A stretch of DNA of 64,000 nucleotides from an uncultured Acidobacteriota bacterium (GCA_963804995.1 CAWDSK010000005.1:672001-736000), one strand, 5' to 3'. Shown: positions 50,478 to 59,142, counted from the stretch's first letter. The notes: a model not told the origin generated them from the sequence alone. Made by a program: numbers and translations.

Positions 50478-51407
50478 ATGGAAGTGCAGGACAAACATCG
50501 GCGGTATTTCCGCATTGCCGGCATTACGGTATGTGTAGAAAGCGACCTGGATTTTGACACCGTCAAGTTCAAGCCGGAATTCGCAGCCTTCGCGGTGGAG
50601 GGACCTGGCGATGACAACGTGACGCTGCGCCACGATTTCGACCTGGCCGACATGAAAGACGAAGACTTGGGAACGGAGGTGTACCGCAAAGCGCCGTGGT
50701 CTATCTCCCGCAAAGGCAATACGTGGCACTATCGCAGTATCTGGTCGCCCGAAAATGAACCCGGGCTGCACCACGTTGCGGTTTTTGATGCCCACTACAC
50801 GCACGCCACGATTCGCAGTCCAGCGCGCTGCAAAGGATTGCTTCGCCAAGTGGGTTGGCACTCGCTCTCGCTCTTCCCGACCGATCAGATTTGGCTTGCA
50901 CCCTTGCTCGCGGATCGCAGCGCGGTCTTGCTCCACTCGGCGGGGGTGATACTGAACGGACAGGGTTTGGTCTTTGCCGGTCATTCGGATGCGGGCAAGT
51001 CCACGATGGTGACTATGCTGAAGAGCGCGGCTGGGGCAGCAAATGGCCACTCGCCTTTGAAGGTGGAAATCCTCTGCGACGACCGCAACGTGGTGCGGCG
51101 CTGGAGGGAGGGTTGGCGCGTGCATGGGACTTGGAGCCACGGCGATGTGACGGAAGTGTCAGCGGCGTCCGCGCCCTTGGCGGCAATTCTATTCCTGCAA
51201 CAGGACACGCGCAATGAAGTCGTCCCCATGACTGATCGCAAGGAAATCTGGAAGCGTTTGCTCTCCACGCTCATCAAGCCCATGGTAACCGCTGAGTGGT
51301 GGCAAAAGGAGTTGGACGTACTGGAGCAGATCGTGAGAGATGTGCCGTGCTTCACGATCCACTTTGATAAGAGCGGGGCAATCGCGGAGAACTTGTTGCG
51401 CCTATGA
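50478..51407 (+). CDS. HPr-kinase-related P-loop protein (reminiscent of SynChlorMet cassette ScmC)
   Basis: LLHSAGV, GHSDAGKST, ILCDDRNVVRR, HGTWSHG. Confidence 0.75.
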   Translation: MEVQDKHRRYFRIAGITVCVESDLDFDTVKFKPEFAAFAVEGPGDDNVTLRHDFDLADMKDEDLGTEVYRKAPWSISRKGNTWHYRSIWSPENEPGLHHVAVFDAHYTHATIRSPARCKGLLRQVGWHSLSLFPTDQIWLAPLLADRSAVLLHSAGVILNGQGLVFAGHSDAGKSTMVTMLKSAAGAANGHSPLKVEILCDDRNVVRRWREGWRVHGTWSHGDVTEVSAASAPLAAILFLQQDTRNEVVPMTDRKEIWKRLLSTLIKPMVTAEWWQKELDVLEQIVRDVPCFTIHFDKSGAIAENLLRL

Positions 51408-52567
51408 GCCAATTCGTCCGGCGGGTTAACAAGCTGGAGAAACCTGTTGCCTCGTGCCTCGAGCAGCTCGACATTGAGCTGACCGAGCGGTGCAACAACG
51501 ATTGCATGCACTGTTGCATCAATCAGCCTGCGAACGACGAGGACGCGCGGCGGCGCGAGATGACCACGGCCCAGGTCAAGGACATCCTGGAACAAGCTGT
51601 CAGCCTCGGGTGTCTGCAGGTGCGCTATACGGGCGGCGAACCGCTCCTGCGGCCCGAATTCGAAGAGCTTTACCTGTTCGCGCGGCGGCTCGGAATGAAG
51701 GTGGTGCTGTACACGAACGCACGCCTCATCACGCCCCACCTTTCCGATTTGTTGGCGCGCATCCCTCCTTTGGAGCCAATTGAAATTACGGTGTATGGGA
51801 TGCACCAGGAAACCTATGAGGCGGTGACGCGTGCGCCCGGGTCTTTCCGACAATTCTGGCGGGGCACAAACCTGTTGTTGGAACACAAGGTGCCGTTCAT
51901 CGTCAAGGGCGCCCTTTTGCCTCCAAACAAGCATGAGATCGACGAATTCGAAGCTTGGGCGGCGACGATCCCTTGGATGAGCGAACCGCCCAGCCATGGG
52001 AAGCACTTTGACTTGCGCAACCGCCGGGACGATGTAAACAAGAACCGACTGATTGAGTCGCTGCGCGTGTCTCCCGAAGAGGGACTCGAGGTGTCTTTGC
52101 GCAACAGCGCGAAGCGTCACCCCTGGACGCCGGAGCTGGCGTCGAGATTCCTGCGCCCGCCTGGCGCCCGCCTCTTCGATTGCGGTGCCTGCGCCGGACG
52201 CCACGCCTGTATCGACGCATACGGACGCGCCCAGCCCTGCATGGGTGTCCGCGCACCGGAGTTGACGCGCAATGTTGTGGGGGCTTCAGAAGGCGACCAT
52301 TGTTCCCTGCAAGATGCGCTGGATCAATTCACCCGCTTCGGCGATCTCCGCGCGACAAATCCTGACTATCTCCAGCGCTGTGCGGCGTGTTTTATCAAAG
52401 GCATATGCAGACAGTGCCCAGCCACGTCGTGGGCGGAGAATGGCGGGCTTGATACGCCGGTGGAATACGAGTGTGAAATCGCTCACGCGTGGGCGCGCCA
52501 CTTGGGCTGGCTGGGCGAGAATGAGCACGGATGGGAAGTGATGGATGGGTGGCAGAGGGTGAAGTAG
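51404..52567 (+). CDS. Radical SAM/SPASM peptide maturase 1
   Basis: CNNDCMHC, TGGEP; SPASM cysteines CGAC..QPC..CAAC..ICRQCP..EC. Confidence 0.93.
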   Translation: MSQFVRRVNKLEKPVASCLEQLDIELTERCNNDCMHCCINQPANDEDARRREMTTAQVKDILEQAVSLGCLQVRYTGGEPLLRPEFEELYLFARRLGMKVVLYTNARLITPHLSDLLARIPPLEPIEITVYGMHQETYEAVTRAPGSFRQFWRGTNLLLEHKVPFIVKGALLPPNKHEIDEFEAWAATIPWMSEPPSHGKHFDLRNRRDDVNKNRLIESLRVSPEEGLEVSLRNSAKRHPWTPELASRFLRPPGARLFDCGACAGRHACIDAYGRAQPCMGVRAPELTRNVVGASEGDHCSLQDALDQFTRFGDLRATNPDYLQRCAACFIKGICRQCPATSWAENGGLDTPVEYECEIAHAWARHLGWLGENEHGWEVMDGWQRVK

Positions 52568-52688
52568 TATAATTATGGGTTGTTGACCAATAACGACCGC
52601 CGGTTAAGAATCCTTTGCCCGGCGATCTTGAGAAAGTGACCTGCTGGTCAGGATGCAGGCTGCACTTAGGGAAGAAAAAGGAGACAAA

Positions 52689-52865
52689 ATGAGCATGGAG
52701 AAGAAGCAATGGGAGAGACCGGAACTCATCGTTCTGGCCCGAAGCAACCCAGAAGAAGTAGTGTTGACAAACTGTAAGGCGAATCCATATCCCACCGCCG
52801 GCAGTGGCAGATGTAAAACCAGTGGTAATGCTTGCACGTCGAACAGTGCTGTCGGCACGAGTTAG
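52689..52865 (+). CDS. RiPP precursor peptide, 58 aa
   Basis: SD AAAAGGAG; MSMEKKQWERPELIVLARSNPEEVVLTNCKANPYPTAGSGRCKTSGNACTSNSAVGTS; WxxPxL leader motif; lies between the rSAM and RRE genes. Confidence 0.85.
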   Translation: MSMEKKQWERPELIVLARSNPEEVVLTNCKANPYPTAGSGRCKTSGNACTSNSAVGTS

Positions 52866-53008
52866 CCCTTGGTCCTCTGGGTTTTGGGCGCCCGAACGCC
52901 CCGCCCTTCTGACAAACCTCCCGCGAGTTGGAGGGTGCTGACCCACGTGCGGAATCATTATGTAACTTCCCAAGGGGGTATGCCAGCCAGAGCAGAGAAT
53001 TTTCGATT

Positions 53009-53347
53009 ATGACGCAACTTGGCCTTAACGCAGTTTGTGTCCCATCCCAGGATGTGGTGGCGCGCGTGATTGAAGGCGATCTGGTTATTGTGCCGCTGGT
53101 GGCCGGCATCGGTGCTGCCGACGACGAACTGTTCACCCTCAACGATACCGGGAAGGCGATCTGGGACCGGCTCGATGGAAAAAAGACCCTGAAGGACGTG
53201 GCGGCGGAATTGGCCGCGGAGTACGAGGCGCCGATCGAGAGCATCGAGAGTGACGTCCTGGGCCTGACCACAGAGCTTTTCGAGCGGAAAATGCTCGTCA
53301 AAGTTACTCCGGAGACAGCCAGTGAGCTCCCAAACCCAACCCCGTGA
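53009..53347 (+). CDS. Stand-alone PqqD family RiPP recognition element
   Basis: DVVARVIEGDLVIVP..LFTLNDTGKAIWDRLDGKKTL..IESDVLGL. Confidence 0.92.
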   Translation: MTQLGLNAVCVPSQDVVARVIEGDLVIVPLVAGIGAADDELFTLNDTGKAIWDRLDGKKTLKDVAAELAAEYEAPIESIESDVLGLTTELFERKMLVKVTPETASELPNPTP

Positions 53348-53813
53348 GCTTCCGCTTTCCGGTCCGGACCTGAAGGGGCTTTTGAGCGCCGTGTTGGCCA
53401 AGGGAGCGGCCTTCCGCTTCCGGGCCAAAGGCGCCAGCATGGCGCCCTTCATCAGGGATGGAGATGTGGTTACGGTCTCACCAGTTCCTGGCACGAACCT
53501 TCGCCCTGGCGACGTGGCGGCATTCACAAATCCCCAGACGGACCGCCTGGTCATCCACCGGATTGTGGGAACCGCGGATGGCTCTTTCCTCATCAAGGGG
53601 GACTCCGTCCGCGAGGGGGATGTTCTCGTTCCGGCCTGTCAGGTCCATGGTCGCGTGACCCGAGTCGAGCGCAAGGGGCGGAACTTGCGCCTTGGCCTCG
53701 GCTCGGAGCGTATTCTAATCGCTTTCCTCAGCCGAACTGGCCTGTTGCCCATACTGCTGGCGCCGGTTCGGGGGATCTACCGATTGATTGTTCCCAGGAA
53801 CCCCTCGGCATGA
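53322..53813 (+). CDS. S24/S26 family peptidase (signal-peptidase-I-like)
   Basis: GASMAPFIRDGD, GDVAAF, VIHRIV, IKGD. Confidence 0.85.
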   Translation: MSSQTQPRELPLSGPDLKGLLSAVLAKGAAFRFRAKGASMAPFIRDGDVVTVSPVPGTNLRPGDVAAFTNPQTDRLVIHRIVGTADGSFLIKGDSVREGDVLVPACQVHGRVTRVERKGRNLRLGLGSERILIAFLSRTGLLPILLAPVRGIYRLIVPRNPSA

Positions 53814-54961
53814 GCGAACCGAAGACGGCATCCATCCGCATCCAGGACTTCCCCCTCTGGGACAAACTCAAGGACCGGCGGGTGCCGCTCTCATTCGATC
53901 TGGAATTGACGGCGCGCTGCAATCTCGACTGCCGTCACTGTTACATCAATCTTCCCGCCGGTGACCGTGAGGTGCAGAAGCGGGAGCTATCCCTGGAGGA
54001 GATTGGCGCCATTGCCGACCAGGCGGTTTCTCTCGGCGCCATGTGGTGCTTGATAACCGGCGGCGAGCCCCTGCTGCGCAAGGACTTCACGGATATATAT
54101 CTGCTGCTGAAGCGGAAGGGGTTGCTGGTCTCAGTATTCACAAACGCCTGCCTGGTGACCGAAGAACACGTCAAACTCTTCCGCAAATACCCTCCGCGCG
54201 ACATCGAGGTCACCGTGTACGGCGCTAGTTCGGAGACGTACGAGCGGGTGACGAGGAGGCCGGGCTCCTTTGACGCCTTCCGGCGTGGCCTGAACCGGCT
54301 GCTGGATAGCGGCGTCAAGGTGCGGCTGAAGGCCATGGCCCTGCGGTCGAACTTGGTGGAATTGCCTGAGATTACCCATTTCTGCCGCGAGCGGACCAAG
54401 GACTTCTTCCGCTTCGACCCGTTGCTCCACCTGCGATTCGATGGCGACCCGCGGCGCAACGAAGAGATCCGTGCAGAACGCTTGACGCCGGGCGAGATCG
54501 TCGCTATCGAGCAGGCTGATGAGGAGCGGGCAGAGGCGTTGCGCAAGGGTTGCGACGAGCTGATCCAGCCGGAACTGAATCATGTGGGGTGCGACCACCT
54601 GTTCCATTGCGGCGCCGGAAACGGCAGCTTCACGGTGAGCTACGATGGGCATTTCCGCCTGTGTTCCGACCTGTGCCAGCCGGATTGCACTTATGACCTT
54701 CGCCAGGGCAGCCTGGCTGACGCCTGGCAGAACTTCGTCCCCAAGGTGCGCGACATGCGGTCAGCCAAGAAGGAGTTCCTCGAAACCTGCCGAGCGTGCC
54801 CAATCGTGAACCTCTGCATGTGGTGCCCAGCCCGCGCCCACCTGGAAAGCGGCAAGATGGACAGCTTCGTACCATACTTCTGTGAGGTGGCGCACGCCCG
54901 GGCCGCAGCCATCGGGGAGAGCGCCGGCCGTCCCTTGAAGCAAACTCCTGTAGTCCGATGA
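53810..54961 (+). CDS. Radical SAM/SPASM peptide maturase 2
   Basis: CNLDCRHC, TGGEP; SPASM HCGAG..RLC..CRAC..LCMWCP..FC. Confidence 0.93.
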   Translation: MSEPKTASIRIQDFPLWDKLKDRRVPLSFDLELTARCNLDCRHCYINLPAGDREVQKRELSLEEIGAIADQAVSLGAMWCLITGGEPLLRKDFTDIYLLLKRKGLLVSVFTNACLVTEEHVKLFRKYPPRDIEVTVYGASSETYERVTRRPGSFDAFRRGLNRLLDSGVKVRLKAMALRSNLVELPEITHFCRERTKDFFRFDPLLHLRFDGDPRRNEEIRAERLTPGEIVAIEQADEERAEALRKGCDELIQPELNHVGCDHLFHCGAGNGSFTVSYDGHFRLCSDLCQPDCTYDLRQGSLADAWQNFVPKVRDMRSAKKEFLETCRACPIVNLCMWCPARAHLESGKMDSFVPYFCEVAHARAAAIGESAGRPLKQTPVVR

Positions 54962-55519
54962 CTACTTCCCATCTACACCTTCGACGAACACAATCAGGCG
55001 TTCTTCTTCATCAGCAACCGCGACACTGACCCACTCGCGCTGATGGCCTATCCCGATTTCACGCGCTTCAACTACACGACGCTGCCTTTGGAGAAGGTCC
55101 CCGGGAATCGCCAGGTGATTCTGGACATCGACTTCGACTTCTTCGCTTGCCGGGATTCGATTCAGAATCACATTGGCTATCAGTTGGAGGTGACCCAAGA
55201 CCAGTTTGCCGCCCGGGAGGCGCTCTTGCGCGATCCGACCCTCCGGTTCAGCGGGATGGCGTTCGATTTCACGGAAAAGGATGGCAGGCGCTTTGTTCAG
55301 GTATCACCCAAGAGGGGAAAGGACGTTTCCCATCTGCCCTCAAAACCGGAGATCGTCGCTGAGATCGGGACTCTGGTGAGCACGCTGGCGGCGAAGAAGG
55401 TCAGGCCGGGGGTCGTCACCCTATGCAGGTCCTGTGTAAGCGGGTATTGCCCCAGAGAATTCGCTGAGATGATTGAAGCCGAATTGAAACCACAACTGAA
55501 GCGTCTTCTTGAGGCGTAG
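54958..55519 (+). pseudogene. UPF0489-like protein, frameshifted after the ATG and apparently shortened
   Basis: ATGA overlap, then PIYTFDEHNQAFFF in another frame, VILDIDFDFF, VVTLCRS..SGYCP. Confidence 0.55.
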
Positions 55520-55817
55520 GGCATAAATATCCTGCCCATCCTCCGCCGCCGACCACCGAATTAGCCCCCTCTGGGAGGCGGTAACTCTGCACGTCCAGTT
55601 TGGCGCCAGGTGAGGAAGTCGGGCTCGGCCTCGCCAGCTCTCCTTCGCTAATTCTGCAGGCCCGCGACTTTTTGTCATTGTGGGACATGTCCCAGTTGTT
55701 GCGCTCCCAGGGGCCTAGCGACCCTTGTCCCACCAACTTCTCCACATTTCGCCCTTTGACGGTTCATTTGCGGTTTAGTCGCCTTAAGCCTCCGTCCCTC
55801 TCCGGTTCAAAGAACTT

Positions 55818-57641
55818 TTGAAGCAAACCCTCCAAATCCTGATACCCCGGCTGCGCAAGGCGCTGGCGCAACTGCCTTACCTTCCGCAGACCCTGTCACT
55901 GGTGTGGACTGCCGCGCGCGGCTGGACGGTCACGTGGGGCGTGCTGCTGCTGCTCCAGGGATTGCTGCCGGTGGCCACCGTCTACGTGACGCGCTGGCTG
56001 GTGAATAGCCTGGTGGCAGCGATTCGCGCCGGAGGCTCCTGGGAAGTTCTGCGGCCGACGCTGCTCATCGTTGCCCTCATGGCGGCCATCCAACTGGCCT
56101 TGCAGATTCTGCGCAGCGCCACGGTCTACGTCCGCACGGCCCAGTCGGAACTGGTCGAGGACCATATCCGCGCGCTGATCCATCGCAAGTCCGCTGCGGC
56201 GGATCTGGCCTTCTACGATTCGGCGGAATTCTACGACCACCTGCATCGGGCACGGAGTGACGCTTCCTATCGCCCCATAGCGCTGGTCGAAAGCCTGGGC
56301 AGCCTGGTGCAGAATGCGATCACGCTGGTGGCCATGGGCGCGGTGCTGATCCCCTTCGGGGCCTGGCTGCCCGGCGCGCTTCTGATCGGCACGGCGCCGG
56401 CGCTGTACGTGGTGGTGCGCTACGCGCTGCTCCAGAACCAGTGGCGGCGCAGGGTCACTCCGGTCGAACGCCGCGCCTGGTATTTCGATTGGCTGCTCAC
56501 CACCGGCGACACGGCCTCGGAGGTCAGGCTGTTCGGTCTGGGCGAGCATTTTCAATCCGCTTACCAAATCCTGCGCCAGCGCTTGCGTGGAGAGCGTCTG
56601 GATCTGGCGCGGAAACAGGTGCTGGCGGAGTTCGGTGCGGGCAGCTTGGGGCTAACAGTCACCGGCGGCGTCATGGCCTGGATGGTGTGGAGGGCGGTGC
56701 GTGGCCTCGCAACCTTGGGAGACTTGGCGATGTTCTACCAGGCCTTCCAACAGGGCCTGGGGCTGATGCGCGGTCTGCTGGAGAATCTTGGCCAGCTTTA
56801 TGGCAACCTGCTGTTCTTGGGAAACCTGTACGAGTTCCTGGGATTGGAACCGCGCGTCGTCAGTCCGCTCCGGCCTTCGCCCGCTCCCCCGGCGGTCGCA
56901 AGCAGTATCAGGCTCGAGCGCGTGCGATTCCGCTATCCCGGAAATGCGCGGCCGGTGCTGGAAGATTTTGATCTGGAAATTCCTGCCGGGCAAATCGTTG
57001 CGGTGGTGGGGCCGAATGGGGCAGGGAAGAGCACGCTGATTAAGCTGCTCTGCCGCTTCTACGACCCGGAGGCTGGCCGCGTGGCGCTTGACGGCGTCGA
57101 CCTTTGCGAATTCAAGATCGAGGAACTGCGCAGTCGCATCACTGTCCTCTTTCAGCAGCCGGTGCATTACAACGATACGGTGCGGGAAAACATCGCCTAT
57201 GGGGATTTGCACGCCCCTGCCGATTCTTTGGAAACAGCCGCGCAGGCCGCGGGCGCGGAGGAGATCATCGCGCGCCTGCCACAGGGTTATGACAGCACAC
57301 TGGGCCGGTGGTTCGCCGACGGCACGGAACTCAGCCTGGGTGAGTGGCAGCGCATCGCTTTGGCCCGCGCTTTCCTGCGGCGTGCGCCCATCCTGATCCT
57401 CGATGAGCCTACGAGCGCCATGGATCCTTGGGCGGAAGCGGATTGGCTGGCGCGGTTCCGGACGCTGGCAACCGGCCGCACGGTTCTGATGATCACGCAT
57501 CGCTTCTCCACGGCAATGTTTGCCGATGTGATTCATGTGATGAGCGAAGGCCGCATCGTGGAATCTGGAACGCATGAGCAGTTGCTCGAAGCAGGCGGCC
57601 GCTACGCACAGGGCTGGGCTACCCTGCGGGAGAGAGCATGA
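55818..57641 (+). CDS. ABC exporter, fused permease/ATP-binding, without a C39 peptidase domain
   Basis: TMD, then GPNGAGKST, LSLGEWQRIALARA, ILDEPTS, ITHR. Confidence 0.93.
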   Translation: MKQTLQILIPRLRKALAQLPYLPQTLSLVWTAARGWTVTWGVLLLLQGLLPVATVYVTRWLVNSLVAAIRAGGSWEVLRPTLLIVALMAAIQLALQILRSATVYVRTAQSELVEDHIRALIHRKSAAADLAFYDSAEFYDHLHRARSDASYRPIALVESLGSLVQNAITLVAMGAVLIPFGAWLPGALLIGTAPALYVVVRYALLQNQWRRRVTPVERRAWYFDWLLTTGDTASEVRLFGLGEHFQSAYQILRQRLRGERLDLARKQVLAEFGAGSLGLTVTGGVMAWMVWRAVRGLATLGDLAMFYQAFQQGLGLMRGLLENLGQLYGNLLFLGNLYEFLGLEPRVVSPLRPSPAPPAVASSIRLERVRFRYPGNARPVLEDFDLEIPAGQIVAVVGPNGAGKSTLIKLLCRFYDPEAGRVALDGVDLCEFKIEELRSRITVLFQQPVHYNDTVRENIAYGDLHAPADSLETAAQAAGAEEIIARLPQGYDSTLGRWFADGTELSLGEWQRIALARAFLRRAPILILDEPTSAMDPWAEADWLARFRTLATGRTVLMITHRFSTAMFADVIHVMSEGRIVESGTHEQLLEAGGRYAQGWATLRERA

Positions 57642-58148
57642 GATTTGCCAAGGAATTTCAGCTCCTGTTGCTCTGTGCGCATCTAAGGCCCCAAAAACTC
57701 CAAATACCCTATCGCGCTTAACCGCAGACAAGAGTTCTCTGAAGTGATATCGCAGTAGCCCCCCACTCCCTTTATCCTCGCAGCTCCTCCCACCACAACA
57801 TGATGGAGCACGTCTGCTCACCCGCTTGATGGAAGCAATAACGTCGAGCAGATTCGAGCAGCGTAGGTTTTCCCGCCCCAATCCTTCCGAGCAGTCCTAG
57901 TACTTCCCCTTTACAAATCTCCAGGTTGGCGCCATTCAGAAACGTCAGGCGAAGCGCCTCGCCGGGCGGCGCTTCTGACGGGTCTCTGAGCCGTATGCCC
58001 CAGCGAGAAAGATTTCGTTATAATCGCATCTGAATAATGATCCTCTGCTATTGACCCGATCACCCAGAAGTGTGATCGCTGGCCACTCAGTCGCATATGT
58101 CGGTAGGGTTGGTTCAGGTAAACAGCCCACCTCAAAAGCTGAGGAATT

Positions 58149-58484
58149 TTAGGGTTTGGACTCGCTCGTATTCGTCAATGCAGAATTGCGGGGTGAGTCA
58201 AGGGAGTCGAAGAGGACTGAAGCCAAATGATCTGGAATCCTCTTGTAGCCCTCTTTTCTTACCCATCGGTCCAACCTTGCAATAAAGGCATACCTCCGCA
58301 ACTCTCTTTCTTCTACACCTAAAGCCCGTGCCAATGCTCTACAGATTTGTCGGGTTGGGGGATCTGTTTTCTCCTTCTCCAGTTGGCTTATGTAGGCACT
58401 AGTAAGACGGCATTTTTGGGCTAGCTCGCTTTGAGTTAATTCCGCGTGCAGTCTGAGGTCCTTTAGGTGGGGGCCGAATCTCAT
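58149..58484 (-). CDS. XRE family HTH repressor
   Basis: MRFGPHLKDLRLHAELTQSELAQKCRLTSAYISQLEKEKTDPP..LARALGV. Confidence 0.9.
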   Translation of the reverse strand: MRFGPHLKDLRLHAELTQSELAQKCRLTSAYISQLEKEKTDPPTRQICRALARALGVEERELRRYAFIARLDRWVRKEGYKRIPDHLASVLFDSLDSPRNSALTNTSESKP

Positions 58485-58519
58485 TGCACGCCGATAGTAC
58501 CACAATTGCAAAAAAGCTC

Positions 58520-58548
58520 TTGACAAGATGGGGGCGGCAATCTAGAAT
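58520..58548 (+). promoter_or_regulatory. Near-consensus sigma70 promoter
   Basis: TTGACA (58520-58525)-N17-TAGAAT (58543-58548). Confidence 0.8.
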
Positions 58549-58572
58549 AAAGAAAGTAACTTACTTTCTTTA
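58548..58572. promoter_or_regulatory. Perfect palindrome; candidate repressor operator over the transcription start
   Basis: TAAAGAAAGTAA-C-TTACTTTCTTTA, 12-bp arms. Confidence 0.7.
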
Positions 58573-59142
58573 GTGAGGCGGGTACAGATGTTGAGTGCCG
58601 AAAGGTTGAAACAAGCCGACAAGCTGCCGGACAGCAGTGGTGCCACAAATCCGTGCTATGTCACCCACGGAGATCTACTGGGCCTTGCCACAGAAAACCA
58701 CTGTCAAGGGATAGTGACTGAGCCAGTGCTTCCGCTGTGCCGGCCGGAAAAGAACTTCTGGGTTTTTAAAGCCACGGTTTACAAATCCTCCAAATGCCGC
58801 GGCTTTGTTGGTTACGGCGATGCTCATCCTGGCAATGTCTCTCCTTTGATTTTCAACAATGCCGAGATGCGCATGGCGGAAACGCGCGCCGTCAATCGTG
58901 CCTTGCGCAAGGCCTACGGCATTGGTCTCTGCTCGCTCGAGGAGCTTCCGCCTTGGCGTATGAGCACCGAGCAAGTCTCCGCGTTGCGCCGGACGCTGCA
59001 AATGCGCCCGGCGTTCCAGAAAGGAGCCCAGCATGCGCACCAAAATCCAAGGCCTCAGCCAGGCAACGGAACGAAGCCCTCTGGTCGAAGGCCTGTATCG
59101 AGCCCGAGTGGTTCACTTCGAGCTCCCCGGGCACGCCGCTAA
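58573..59142 (+). CDS. Hypothetical protein, possible Rad52/Sak-like single-strand annealing protein
   Basis: YVTH..LL, FKATVY, GYGDA, MAETRAVNRALRKAYGIG. Confidence 0.55.
   Translation: MRRVQMLSAERLKQADKLPDSSGATNPCYVTHGDLLGLATENHCQGIVTEPVLPLCRPEKNFWVFKATVYKSSKCRGFVGYGDAHPGNVSPLIFNNAEMRMAETRAVNRALRKAYGIGLCSLEELPPWRMSTEQVSALRRTLQMRPAFQKGAQHAHQNPRPQPGNGTKPSGRRPVSSPSGSLRAPRARR

Noticed and set aside
36622..53347. Lasso peptide cluster (AsnB + transglutaminase-like + PqqD + kinase + nucleotidyltransferase)
   Set aside because: AsnB has an intact MCGI glutaminase domain and sits in the glycan operon. The transglutaminase is membrane-bound and lacks the lasso B2 AHAW motif. The 58-aa core has no Asp/Glu acceptor for a macrolactam.
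51404..54961. PQQ, mycofactocin or heme d1/Ahb biosynthesis
   Set aside because: No pqqB/pqqC, mft or nir/ahb partner genes; the precursor lacks the PqqA ExxxY and MftA IDGxCGVY motifs.
50981..57881. Long antisense ORFs (50981..52204, 56652..57881; also 17536..18591 and 3710..4576)
   Set aside because: They are shadows of well-supported + strand genes in GC-rich DNA and have no motifs.
57641..58149. tRNA or att site at the left edge of the phage-like module
   Set aside because: Only a GC-rich hairpin (~57940-57980) is visible; no cloverleaf, T-loop motif or matching direct repeat.
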